Positions 49,634 to 59,618 of a DNA stretch of 64,000 nucleotides are shown here, one piece after another. A program made the translations under genes and the position numbers. Source of the stretch: Alphaproteobacteria bacterium. GTDB lineage: Bacteria; Pseudomonadota; Alphaproteobacteria; UBA828. Each line of letters begins with the position of its first letter. Within the stretch, counting starts at the first letter, position 1. Location of the stretch: NCBI GenBank assembly GCA_965214705.1, contig CBDCCI010000001.1, forward strand, positions 32,001 through 96,000, given 5' to 3'. The notes under the pieces were generated by a model, which worked only from the letters and a program-made list of their open reading frames with translations, did no database searches and was not told the DNA's origin.

Positions 49634-50890
49634 ATGGTGGATGCGTTGGGGGCTGTCGCCAGTCTCGTCAAGCCGGTCGCCATGCAGGTGCTGCTCGCCT
49701 ACGAGCGGCTTGAATCTGGGGTCGCCTACAATCCCCTCTCCGACGAGGTCGCGCGAGATCCCTACGCGGTCTATCGCCGGATCAGGGATAAGGATCCGGT
49801 CCACCGCATGAGGCTGGTCGATGCCTGGGTCCTGACCCGCTACGAGCACGCCGACGCCGTGCTACGCGATCACAAGCGCTTCTCCGCCGAGGATCGCCGC
49901 TTTCACGATGTCGGGCTGACTACCATGCTGGACATCGATCCCCCGGACCACACGCGGCTGCGCTCGCTGGTCTCTCGGGCGTTCACGCCGCGCTCGGTGT
50001 CGCGCTGGCACAGACGGGTGCAGGAGATCGCCGACCGTCTTCTGGACGCGGTCGCCGGCCACGACCGCTTCGACCTGATCTCAGCCCTCGGCTACCCGCT
50101 GCCGGTGACCGTGATCGCCGAGATGCTGGGTGTGCCGGCAGAGGACATGGACCGCTTCGAGGGCTGGTCCAACGACATCGCGCTCATCGTCGAGCCGATC
50201 CTCACGCCTGCGCAGGTCGAGGGCGTGCGGCGTGCGACAGAAGAGTTGTTCGCCTATTTCGAGACCATCGTGGAGGCGCGGCAGCGCGAGCCACGGGAGG
50301 ATATCGTCAGCGCCCTGCTGGCGGCTAAGGAGGAGGGCGACACGCTGACTCGCGAAGAGCTTCTGTCCACCATGCTGTTGATCCTGGTGGCCGGCAACGA
50401 GACCACACGCAATCTCATCGGCAACGGCATGCTGGCCCTGCTCCGCCATGCCGATCAAGTGCAGCGGCTGCGTGACGAACCCGGCCTGTTGGAGCCGGCC
50501 GTCGACGAGCTGCTGCGCTACGACAGCCCCGTCCAGCTCGACGGACGCGTCGTCCGCGAGGACCTGGAGTTGGGCGGCAAGCGCCTGCGCGCGGGCGAGA
50601 AGGTGATCGCCCTGCTCGGCGCGGCGAACCGGGACCCGGCCGCGTTCGCGAACCCCGATGCCCTCGATATCAGTCGCACGGAGAAGAGCCATTTGTCCTT
50701 CGGACGCGGCATACACTACTGCCTCGGCGCATCGCTGGCGCTCTTGGAGACGCGCATCGCCTTCCGGGGTCTGCTCGATCGCTTCGCGTCGATCCGCTTG
50801 GCTGCCGAGCCCCGGTACAGGGACGGCATCGTTCTACGCGGCGTCGAGAGTTTGTGGATCGAGGTGGAGCAACGCGACCACCCCGCTTGA
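49634..50890 (+). CDS. Cytochrome P450
   Basis: DPPDHTRLR, AGNETT, ELLR, HLSFGRGIHYCLG heme motif. Confidence 0.95.
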   Translation: MVDALGAVASLVKPVAMQVLLAYERLESGVAYNPLSDEVARDPYAVYRRIRDKDPVHRMRLVDAWVLTRYEHADAVLRDHKRFSAEDRRFHDVGLTTMLDIDPPDHTRLRSLVSRAFTPRSVSRWHRRVQEIADRLLDAVAGHDRFDLISALGYPLPVTVIAEMLGVPAEDMDRFEGWSNDIALIVEPILTPAQVEGVRRATEELFAYFETIVEARQREPREDIVSALLAAKEEGDTLTREELLSTMLLILVAGNETTRNLIGNGMLALLRHADQVQRLRDEPGLLEPAVDELLRYDSPVQLDGRVVREDLELGGKRLRAGEKVIALLGAANRDPAAFANPDALDISRTEKSHLSFGRGIHYCLGASLALLETRIAFRGLLDRFASIRLAAEPRYRDGIVLRGVESLWIEVEQRDHPA

Positions 50891-51172
50891 ACCGGAGACC
50901 AGGAGCCCTCAACAAGCCCGAGAAACGATGGATGATGAAGCATCCATTCTGGCCCACCTCCACGGCAGGGTATCCGTTCGACGCCGTGGGCGACAGAGTG
51001 GAACGTGCCAAAGGCCAGGCGAGCATTCGCGAATGAGGAGACTGGTGCCAGCGTCGGCGACAGAGTTTGGCGTATAAGGGGCGTTTGCTGAAACGATACC
51101 GTCAATCGATAGTCCGCGTGGAGATTTTTCAGGGAGATTTGGGACGGTTTGGGGGTGCATGAAAGAGAGGGG

Positions 51173-51248
<76 letters not shown>

Positions 51249-51579
51249 ATTGCGGCGGCCGGTCGCCCCGGCCGAAGGGGGCCGGATCATGCGGCGGCAC
51301 AGGCTCGCCTGTCAAGCGGATGTCCCCGCCTTGACGCGGCCGGAGCGCTTGGTTATTCAGCGCCGCAGGATCGTTGATCGAAGGCCTTGCAACCCATGCC
51401 CTGGGACCTTGGACTGCCGCTGCTGGTCGCGCTCGCCACCCTCATCCTGTCGATCGGGATATTCTGGTCGGCGAAGACGCTGCTCTTCGATGCGCGCCGG
51501 CGCGAGGGCACGGATGACGGTCCCGGCGAGATCGACGGCGGAGCGCGAGACTCTCACTGATCCCCCGTAGAGGGCGCCG

Positions 51580-52434
51580 TCAGCCGGCGGGGCTCACCGG
51601 CACATTATCGATCAATCGCGTCTCGCCCAGCCAGACGGCGGCGAGCACCCTGGCCAGCCCGTCCACCCGCGTGACCGGCTCGAGCGTCTCTGCATCGCAG
51701 ACTGCGAGATAGTCGATACGGGCGAAGCCTGCGTCTCTGAGCGCGGTCGTGCCCTGGGCGATGCTATCGGCCGACGCCGTGCCCTCGCCCAATGCCGCCG
51801 CCATCCAGCTCAGCACCTCGAAGATTTTTGGCGCGACCCGGCGTTCGTCCGCCGAGAGATAGGCGTTGCGCGAGGAGAGCGCGAGACCGTCCGCTGCGCG
51901 CACGGTCGGCACCGCCTCGATCCGGCAGGGGATATCGAGGTCGGCGACCAGGCGGCGCACCGTGACGAGCTGCTGATAGTCCTTCTCACCGAAGAGCGCG
52001 ACATCGGGCAGGCACTGGAGCAGGAGCTTGGTGACGACCGTCGCAACCCCGTCGAAGAAGTGGGGCCGGGAGGCGCCTTCCAGCCCGGCGGTGACGCCCT
52101 CCACCCGCACCGAGGTGGCGAAGCCGGGCGGGTAGATCACATCGGTGGGCGGCATGAACGCCGCTTCGACCCCCGCCTCGGCCAGCTTCGCGAGGTCATC
52201 CGCCTGCGTACGCGGATAAAGGGCGAAGTCCTCGTCGGGAGCGAATTGGGTCGGGTTGACGAAGAGGCTGACCACCGTGCGCCCGCCATGCGCACGCGCG
52301 GTCCGGACCAGTGCCATGTGGCCCTCGTGCAGCGCCCCCATGGTGGGGACGAGGGCGACTGCCAGGCCATCTGCACGCCAGGCGGCGACGGCCTCGCGCA
52401 GGCCGGCGACGCTGTCGATGACCGAGGGCGCCAT
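51580..52434 (-). CDS. panC: Pantoate-beta-alanine ligase
   Basis: PTMGALHEGH, FVNPTQF, GEKDYQQ, LALSSRN, RLIDN. Confidence 0.97.
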   Translation of the reverse strand: MAPSVIDSVAGLREAVAAWRADGLAVALVPTMGALHEGHMALVRTARAHGGRTVVSLFVNPTQFAPDEDFALYPRTQADDLAKLAEAGVEAAFMPPTDVIYPPGFATSVRVEGVTAGLEGASRPHFFDGVATVVTKLLLQCLPDVALFGEKDYQQLVTVRRLVADLDIPCRIEAVPTVRAADGLALSSRNAYLSADERRVAPKIFEVLSWMAAALGEGTASADSIAQGTTALRDAGFARIDYLAVCDAETLEPVTRVDGLARVLAAVWLGETRLIDNVPVSPAG

Positions 52435-52482
52435 CGGCCGCCCGCGCCCCGGGCCAGCGTCTCCCGAGGCGCGTAGCCCGCG

Positions 52483-52953
52483 CTAGATGATCTGCCAGCT
52501 GCCGTCGGGCTGGCGGCAGGCGGTGCCGTAGGCTTCCTCCGTGCGGTTGCCGATCGTCACGGTCTGGGTGAACTCGCGACAGTAGGTCCCGTCGCTCTGC
52601 TGGTACGTCTGGGTCGGCGTGAACGTGCCCATGTTGCCGCTGTCCGGGTTGTGCCACGTGCTCGTCGTGCCTACAGGGGCCGTCTCCAACGTCTGTTGCG
52701 CTGAATGCTCCATCGCCAGCTGATCGGCGCGGTCGAGCGACTCGCCGATCTCGCTGCCGATCATGGCACCGAGGAGCGCACCGACGCCGGTGGCGACCAG
52801 CTTGCCGTGGCCATCGCCGACCTGCGAACCGGCGACTCCGCCCGCCACCGCGCCGAGCAGCGTGCCGAGGCTCTGCTTCTGGCCGGTGGTTTCGGTGCAG
52901 GCGGCGAGCGCCAGCGCCGCCAGACCGAGCATCGCGAACTTGAACCTGTGCAT
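52483..52953 (-). CDS. 17-kDa surface antigen-like lipoprotein (glycine zipper)
   Basis: LAAC, glycine zipper, [21 protein letters not shown]. Confidence 0.9.
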   Translation of the reverse strand: MHRFKFAMLGLAALALAACTETTGQKQSLGTLLGAVAGGVAGSQVGDGHGKLVATGVGALLGAMIGSEIGESLDRADQLAMEHSAQQTLETAPVGTTSTWHNPDSGNMGTFTPTQTYQQSDGTYCREFTQTVTIGNRTEEAYGTACRQPDGSWQII

Positions 52954-53127
52954 GGATCGTCTCCTCACGTCCCTACCGCCGAAGCTGGGTGCGCAACGGC
53001 CGGAGCGCCGACTCCAGCCAAACGCTCGAGCCCATGCAGCATGATCTGTGCATGAGCGCCGGTCTTGTCAAATCTTTGTGTCCGGAATGTGGCGAAGCCG
53101 GCCCTCGCACCGAGCCTCTCGACGCCC

Positions 53128-53967
53128 TCAGGCCTCGGATTTCGCCTTGGGCACCGTCAGGTTGGCCGTGTGCTCAGGCCCGGGGAAGCGCCGGCCGCGC
53201 ACGTCGGCGGCATAGTCCCGCACGGCACCGGCAAGCCCGTCACCGAGTTCTGCGTAGCGCTTGACGAAGCGGGGTGTAAACGCGCCGGCGAGGCCCACGA
53301 TGTCCTCTGTAACGAGTATCTGGCCGTCGCAGGCCGGCGATGCGCCGATTCCGATGGTGGGCACCGCGAGCTCCTGCGTCAGCGTGCGCGAGAGCAGCTC
53401 GACCGTGTTCTCGATCACGACGCCGAAGGCGCCTGCGGCTTCGACCGCCCGCGCATCGGCCAGGATGCGCCGTGCGCTCTCCTCGGTCCTGCCCTGAACC
53501 TGGAAGCCGGCTGCATTCACCGATTGCGGCATCAGCCCGATATGCCCCAGCACCGGCACGCCACGTGCCGTGAGGAAATCGATCGTCTCTGCCATCTCCT
53601 CCCCGCCTTCGAGCTTGACCGCCGCGCAGCCGGTCTCCGCCATTATGCGCGAGGCCGTACCGAAGGCCTGGGCAGGCGATTGCTCGTAGGAGCCGAAGGG
53701 CAGGTCCACGACGATACAGGCCCGTCGGGTGGCGCGGACTACCGCACGGCCGTGGGCGATCATCATCTGGACCGTGACGCCGACCGTGGAATCCATCCCG
53801 TAGAGCACCATGCCGAGCGAATCGCCCACGAGGATGAAATCGCAGGCTTCGTCGACTATGCGAGCGACGGGCGCCGTGTAGGCGGTGAGGCTCACGATCG
53901 GCTCGCCCCCCTTGGCGCGGGCGATATCGCGGACGGTGAGCCGCCGGACTGGGCGTTGGTTGGCCAT
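53128..53967 (-). CDS. panB: 3-methyl-2-oxobutanoate hydroxymethyltransferase
   Basis: [32 protein letters not shown]. Confidence 0.97.
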   Translation of the reverse strand: MANQRPVRRLTVRDIARAKGGEPIVSLTAYTAPVARIVDEACDFILVGDSLGMVLYGMDSTVGVTVQMMIAHGRAVVRATRRACIVVDLPFGSYEQSPAQAFGTASRIMAETGCAAVKLEGGEEMAETIDFLTARGVPVLGHIGLMPQSVNAAGFQVQGRTEESARRILADARAVEAAGAFGVVIENTVELLSRTLTQELAVPTIGIGASPACDGQILVTEDIVGLAGAFTPRFVKRYAELGDGLAGAVRDYAADVRGRRFPGPEHTANLTVPKAKSEA

Positions 53968-54020
53968 GTCGCTGCCTCCTTGGTGAGGCCCTGCGGGCGA
54001 CCTACGGCCGCCCTGGCGCG

Positions 54021-54096
54021 TTATGCTGCGCCGCAACAACAACCGATTGTAACAAACTCAACGCTAAAGTGAACATCTTGCTGCAACGCAGCATAA
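54021..54096. promoter_or_regulatory. Pair of inverted PhaR-like boxes upstream of panB
   Basis: TGCAACGCAGCA (54082-54093) and reverse-strand TGCGGCGCAGCA (54024-54035). Confidence 0.45.
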
Positions 54097-54109
54097 TCCT
54101 GCCTGGGTC

Positions 54110-54427
54110 TCAATTGATGGCGCGAACGGTACGGTAGCGGCCGTTCTCGAAACCGCCGAAGAGCTGGGCCAGCAGCCGGTGCTGGATGGGGCCGCCCTCC
54201 CGGTCAGGCTCCAGATGGCGCTCGGCGACATAGGTGGTGTGCGCCGCATCGTGAACCAGCACGTGATACCAAGGCTTTTCCTTGGGCGGGCGCGAGCGCG
54301 CGACCTGCTCGTACCATTCCTCGGTACCCTGGAAGCACGGATCGACGTCGAAGACCACGCCGCGATAGCCGAATTTCAGGTGGTGGACGACCTGGCCGAC
54401 CTCGAACTTCGCGGCGCTGACCGTCAT
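54110..54427 (-). CDS. hspQ: Heat shock protein HspQ
   Basis: AKFEVGQVVHH..FGYRGVVFDVDP, PWYHVL, TYVAERHL. Confidence 0.92.
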   Translation of the reverse strand: MTVSAAKFEVGQVVHHLKFGYRGVVFDVDPCFQGTEEWYEQVARSRPPKEKPWYHVLVHDAAHTTYVAERHLEPDREGGPIQHRLLAQLFGGFENGRYRTVRAIN

Positions 54428-55405
54428 GGCTGGTCTCCTCCGCCTGCAGCTCCCGCCCGTAGCGCGCTGCCCGACTCCGCCGGGGCGCAACTATAGTGCG
54501 TGCCGGCCGCTGCGGACAATCGACCCCGCGCCCGACGAGAGCGTTTCCATTTCATACGGAAACGCTCTCGCGATTTGTCGCTCACGGCAGCCGGCCTACG
54601 GCCGGAGCCTCCGCGAGGGCGCCGCTGACGCGGCGGGCCGCGGTCGCGGCCTGTCGCGTATCCGTCAAAGACGGACACGCTCTAATGCGCACTCGCTCGC
54701 ACCGTCGCGCCGGGAAGGCGGTCCCGATCGTGAGGGCGCGTGAAGTCGAGCACAGGCCCCTTGGGAACGATGCGGGAGGGATTCACACTGACGTGGCTCC
54801 CGTAATAGTGGCCCTTGATGTGCGCCATGTTCACCGTGTCCGCGACCCCTGGATACTGGTAAAGCTCCCGCAGGTAGTTGCTCAGATTGGGATAGTCCTC
54901 GATCCGGCGCTTGTTGCACTTGAAGTGCCCGACATAGACGGCGTCGAAGCGCACCAGGGTGGGGAAGAGCCGCCAGTCGGCCTCGGTGATGCTCGCGCCA
55001 GCCAGATAGCGATGCGCGCCCAGTCTCTCTTCCAGGTCGTCCAGGGTCGCGAAGAGTGCGTCGAAAGCGTCCTCGTAAGCCGCCTGCGACCGGGAAAGGT
55101 TAAGGGTTGGGCAGGCTCTCTCTCGAGAGCCTGCCCAACCCTTTTGAACGAAGCCGCGGGCCACGAGAGGCGAAGTTGAGCTATGTGGAAAGTGCGCTGA
55201 TGTCAGCGTCAGGCGGCATCCACCGGCAGCAGAGTTGCGCATAAAATCGACGCTCGCGCCGGTCTTTCGGCAGGCATGCGGGCGCACGCTGCGAGGACTG
55301 AGCGGGGTGTGAGCCGAGGGCTGTCAGCCCGGCTCAAGCGGAGACAGGTTCGGTCGTGCGTCGGCGCTTTGGCGCCGTTGCGCGGGGCCGAAGCGAGCGG
55401 GCGTC

Positions 55406-56647
55406 TCACGGTTTCCCCCTGTGGGTCGGCGGCAGCGCCGGCGGGCCGCGCGTCGAGCGGGGCTCATGGCGGCGGCGGATTTCGCGGACGAGGCGCATGA
55501 CGCCGCCGCAGTGGGGGCAGGCCACGGGCGCGGTGCCGATCTCGGGCTCTTCGTCGGGCTCGGCCCGAGCGCCGTCCACGCTTCCCTCGGGGGCGGCGCA
55601 GCCGAGGGCGCCGAGAGCCTGGCGTGCTCTCTCCAGCGTGCTGGCGCGGCAGCCGTTGGCGAGGATGCCGAAGTAGCGAATGCGGTGCATGCCGTCCGGC
55701 AGGACGTGCCTCAGGAAGCGGCGGATGAACTCGTCGGCGCTCACGGTGGCGATGCCGTAGCGCGGCTTTCTCTGCCCCGGCGCCTTGGGCTTTCGGTGGC
55801 GGAAGGAGACCGTCTCGCCGTCGAAGGAGACGATGCGGCTGTCGGAGATGGCGATCCTGTGCGTGTAGTGCGAGAGGTACCGGAAGACCTGCTCAGGCCC
55901 GCGGAAGGGCCGCTTGGCGTAGACCACCCAGTCCCTGGCCCGGGCGGCGGCAAGCGTGGCGTGGAACTCGCCGGGATTGGCGAGGTGGGCGAGGGTGCCG
56001 TGGAACTCCAGGTCCCCCCGGCCGTGGGCGCGGGCGAGCTCCTCGAGGAAGAGGCGGCGGAACAGGCTGCCGAGGACCTTGACGGGGGCGAGGAAGGTGG
56101 TGCTCCCCGTCTTCCACTCGCCACTGTCTACGTCGAAGCCCGCGTTGGGCACGACCACGTGCAGGTGCGGGTGGAAGCGGAGCTTCTGATCCCAGGTATG
56201 GAGGACCGCGGTGCCGCCGATGCGCATGCCGCCGTGGCGGGGATCGGCGGCGATGGTGCGCAGGGTCTCGGCGACGGCCCGGAAGAGGATGTCGAACACC
56301 ACCCTGCGGTTGCAGAAGGCAATGGCGGCAACCTCCTTGGGCAGGGTGAAGACCACATGGAAGTAGGGCACCGGCAGGATGTCCCCGGCGCGCTCCTCGC
56401 TCCAGAGGTTGGCGGCGAGACCCTGGCAGGTGGGGCAGTGGCGGTTGCGGCAGGAGTTGAAGAGCGGATGCTCGCGCCCGCAGCCCTCGCAGGCGTACAT
56501 GTGGCCGCCGAGCACGGCGGTGCGGCACGCCTCGATGGCGCCCATGACCTTGAGCCGGGCGGCGTCGATGCGCCCTTTGTGGCGCTCACGGAAAGCGGCG
56601 CCGGCGCGGCGGAAGATCTCCGCCACGCCCGCGCGTTCGGCCTCCAC
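55406..56647 (-). CDS. IS91-family (Y2 HUH) transposase with Zn-binding domain
   Basis: NSCRNRHCPTCQ, HVVFTLP, HTW...HPHLH (HUH), YLSHY (YxxxY), RIRYFG. Confidence 0.93.
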   Translation of the reverse strand: MEAERAGVAEIFRRAGAAFRERHKGRIDAARLKVMGAIEACRTAVLGGHMYACEGCGREHPLFNSCRNRHCPTCQGLAANLWSEERAGDILPVPYFHVVFTLPKEVAAIAFCNRRVVFDILFRAVAETLRTIAADPRHGGMRIGGTAVLHTWDQKLRFHPHLHVVVPNAGFDVDSGEWKTGSTTFLAPVKVLGSLFRRLFLEELARAHGRGDLEFHGTLAHLANPGEFHATLAAARARDWVVYAKRPFRGPEQVFRYLSHYTHRIAISDSRIVSFDGETVSFRHRKPKAPGQRKPRYGIATVSADEFIRRFLRHVLPDGMHRIRYFGILANGCRASTLERARQALGALGCAAPEGSVDGARAEPDEEPEIGTAPVACPHCGGVMRLVREIRRRHEPRSTRGPPALPPTHRGKP

Positions 56648-56653
56648 GCGCCG

Positions 56654-57532
56654 TCAGTTGCGCAACGCTGCGAAGCCTGAGATCGGGTGGTCGAGGCCCT
56701 CGAACATCTTGCCGGTGACGCGGGCGTAGTGACGGGTCGTGTTCGCGCTTCGATGGCCGAGCATGTCCCGGATCACCTCGATATCGCCGCCGCGCTCGAG
56801 GAGATGGGTCGCCGCCGAATGGCGCAGGCAATGGAAGGTGTAGCTGCGGTCGAGCTCGGCAATGTCGCGCGCCCTCCTGAAGGCGGCCTGCAAGGTCTCC
56901 GTTGCGATGGGCCTGTCGAGCGAGACGCCGTAGAAGAGCCAGCTCGTCGGACGCGGCCAGATGTTCCTGTAGTAGACGCGCAAGTAGTGGATGACGATGT
57001 CCGGCAACGGTGCCATTCTCTCGGTGCCGCCTTTGCCGGAGGGGATGTGCAGCAGCTTCTTCTCCGACAGGATGTCGCCGACCTTGATGGCCAAGGTCTC
57101 GGAGATGCGGAGCCCGCCGCCATAGCCGGTGACAATGGCAGCACGGTGGCGGAGGTCGGGTGTCGCAAGGATGAGGTGCTCGACCTCCTGCTCCGACATG
57201 TAGCGCGGCAGCTTGCCGGGCTTCTTGCGGGAGCGCAGGCCGGCGACATGGTCAGGCCAGCCGAGTGTGTCGATGTAGAGGAAGTTCAGCGCGGCGAAGG
57301 AGACGTTGGTCGTGCCCGGACTGAGCCCCTTGTCGATCCGCCCCAGGTACCACTGGCGCACCTGCTCGGCGTCGAGCTCGTCCGGCGAGGCGTCGTAGTA
57401 CCTGGCCAGGTTCTTGATCTCGCAGATGTAGGCCTTGGACGTGCTCGCGGCCAGATTGGCGATGCGGAGCTGCTCCTCCATGCGCTGGCGAAGAGGGGTG
57501 ACGGTGTTCGTGTCGCACGCGGTCCCGGTCAT
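56654..57532 (-). CDS. XerD-like tyrosine recombinase
   Basis: Protein identical to 24015-24893. Confidence 0.92.
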   Translation of the reverse strand: MTGTACDTNTVTPLRQRMEEQLRIANLAASTSKAYICEIKNLARYYDASPDELDAEQVRQWYLGRIDKGLSPGTTNVSFAALNFLYIDTLGWPDHVAGLRSRKKPGKLPRYMSEQEVEHLILATPDLRHRAAIVTGYGGGLRISETLAIKVGDILSEKKLLHIPSGKGGTERMAPLPDIVIHYLRVYYRNIWPRPTSWLFYGVSLDRPIATETLQAAFRRARDIAELDRSYTFHCLRHSAATHLLERGGDIEVIRDMLGHRSANTTRHYARVTGKMFEGLDHPISGFAALRN

Positions 57533-58410
57533 TATCGATCTCCCTGGATCGCGACGGCGCGCCGCCGGACCGATCCGGCGACGGTCCGTCGCAGGGGTCG
57601 ATGCTAACCACTGGTGATCGGGAGGCTGCTGGGGATCCGCCACCCGACGGGCGGAGCGCCACTGACGCAACCGGGAAGCGAACGCACAGAACAAACGGCA
57701 CCCGCGACGCCTCGGAAATGAATGAACTCTACGCCGCTAACTCCGCGTAGCGGCTTCGTTCAAAGCCGGTCTTGTAGACGCCATTGTTGACGTGCTCGTA
57801 GATCGGCTCGTTGACCGCATCGATCTCGTCCCTGAGCGCCGCTGGGTACAAGTCCGGCTCGCCGTCGCCCCAGCCATTGAACGCCGTGTTGAGCATCCGA
57901 ATGATTTCGGCGGATTCGTTGTTGACTATGGTTCGCTCCCGCTTGTCCCAGAGCACGGGCACCGAGACCCGCCCCGTGTAGTCGTCCCGCGCCAGCTTGT
58001 AGACCTCCCGCAGAAACCGGGTGCCGTTGACGCTGTCGGGGATGCAGCCGGGGCCCTCGCTGAAGTGCCAACCGTCCTCACCCATGTAGGGGTCCACCAC
58101 CGAGACCGAGATCGCATCTTCGAGCCTGCACAGCGCGCGCACGATCATCGTCCGGTGCGCCCAAGGGCAGGCGTGCGAGACGTAGAGGTGGTAGCGCCCC
58201 GGCTCGGCCTTGAAGCCTGAGGAGCCGTCGGCGGTGACGGCGTTGCGGAAGGAGGTCGTGGCTCGCACGAAGCGCCCATCGGCTTCAGTCCTGTTGTCCT
58301 CCTTGTGCCACTCGCCGTCGATCATCGTGCCCATAGGTCGGTCTCCGGATACATGTGATTGCTTGAGATGGTGGGGTGGATGGCGCCCGGCCCGCGCGGT
58401 TGCTGCGCGC

Positions 58411-59463
58411 TCAGAGAGCTTCCCGCGAGCGGCTGGCGGGAGAGGCGGCGGGGGCCGGTGGCTCCGGCGCGCACGCTGCCGCCGCGCGCCGCGCGCTACG
58501 GCTCAGCAGGTTCTTGCCCTCGGCCACTTGCCAGGCAAGGAGGCCGGGGACGCCGATCACCAGCTCGCGCACCCGCTTGACCAGCGAAAGTGCCAGCGCC
58601 ACCTCGGGCCCGAGGCCGATCATGCCGCCAAGCAGCACCAGCACACCCTCTTGCACGCCGAGCGCGCCCGGCACGAAGAACGCGGCGGTGCGCGTCGCCA
58701 GGATGAGGCTCTCGATCAGCAACGCATCGGCGATGCTGACCTCGTAGCCCATGAAGTAAAGCGCGGCGTAGACCTCAGCGGCGCCGAGCATCCAGGCTGC
58801 GAGCTGGCCGGCAGCGTTCCCCGCCAGCAGCCAGCGGTGTCGGTAGAGATCCAGGATCGCCTCGTCGAGCGCCTCGGCGCCGCCGACGGCGTTGTCCCAC
58901 GCCTTGCCCCTGGCGAACCGCGCCGCCAAGCGGATGATCCAGCCGAAGAAGCCGCGTTGCTGGACGACGCAGAGCAGGACGACGACCACGAACCCGCCCG
59001 CAACGCAGTAGCCAATGGCGCGCGCGATATCGCTTTCGCCGTGGTGGGCCATCAGCAGGCCAATGCCGACCAGGGTAAAGAACAGCAGGGTGATCGTGCT
59101 GAGGGTGAGGTCAACGACGACGCTGGCACCCGCAATCCGGCCAGGCACGCCGCGCATGACCAAGAGCCGCGAGCGCACCACGGCGCCCCCCACCTGGAAA
59201 GCCGGCACCAGCGTATTGACAGCCTCGCCGATCCAGCGTGCCCAGAGCGCCGTCAGCACCGGCGGCCGATGGCCTTCCAGGAAAAGGAGCCGCCAGACAT
59301 AGCCGTCCAGCATGATCGGCACGAGACGCACCAGGACCACCACGACGATACCCCAGCTCACCGCGGCGACAGTGGCCGCCACGTCCCCGGCGCCCTGGAA
59401 GCACACCAGGCCGATGACCAGCGCAATGCCGACGATGAGTGCGATGTAGCCCCAGCGCCTCAC
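58411..59463 (-). CDS. Lysylphosphatidylglycerol synthase TM / HpnL-like flippase
   Basis: Multi-TM protein; WIGEAVNTLVP, FFVPGALGVQEG. Confidence 0.8.
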   Translation of the reverse strand: MRRWGYIALIVGIALVIGLVCFQGAGDVAATVAAVSWGIVVVVLVRLVPIMLDGYVWRLLFLEGHRPPVLTALWARWIGEAVNTLVPAFQVGGAVVRSRLLVMRGVPGRIAGASVVVDLTLSTITLLFFTLVGIGLLMAHHGESDIARAIGYCVAGGFVVVVLLCVVQQRGFFGWIIRLAARFARGKAWDNAVGGAEALDEAILDLYRHRWLLAGNAAGQLAAWMLGAAEVYAALYFMGYEVSIADALLIESLILATRTAAFFVPGALGVQEGVLVLLGGMIGLGPEVALALSLVKRVRELVIGVPGLLAWQVAEGKNLLSRSARRAAAACAPEPPAPAASPASRSREAL

Positions 59464-59618
59464 CGGCGATTCCTTCTTCCACCATGAGCGCGAGAGACCC
59501 CCGGCCGCACCGGGGGACGTTCCATTATACCGGCGCGCCCGCAAATCGGCCCGCCCATAGATCGAAGCGCTCGTGTTGCCCGAATCTTCGCTGCTGCCGC
59601 GTCGGGCCAGCGGCGGCG

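Larger units (their letters stand above)
55098..57763 (-). mobile_element. Tyrosine recombinase + IS91-like HUH element, intact copy 2 (2666 bp)
   Basis: Removing it exactly restores yqjG; same ends as copy 1; hairpin at 55102-55143; 14-bp IRs at 55144-55157 and 57750-57763. Confidence 0.95.
54682..58334 (-). pseudogene. yqjG: Glutathionyl-hydroquinone reductase (Xi-class GST) split by Int/IS91 copy 2
   Basis: CPWAHR, VNNESAEI, NNGVYKTGF|SRSQAAY, RFDAVY; 57764-58334 + 54682-55097 rejoin to 329 codons. Confidence 0.92.
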
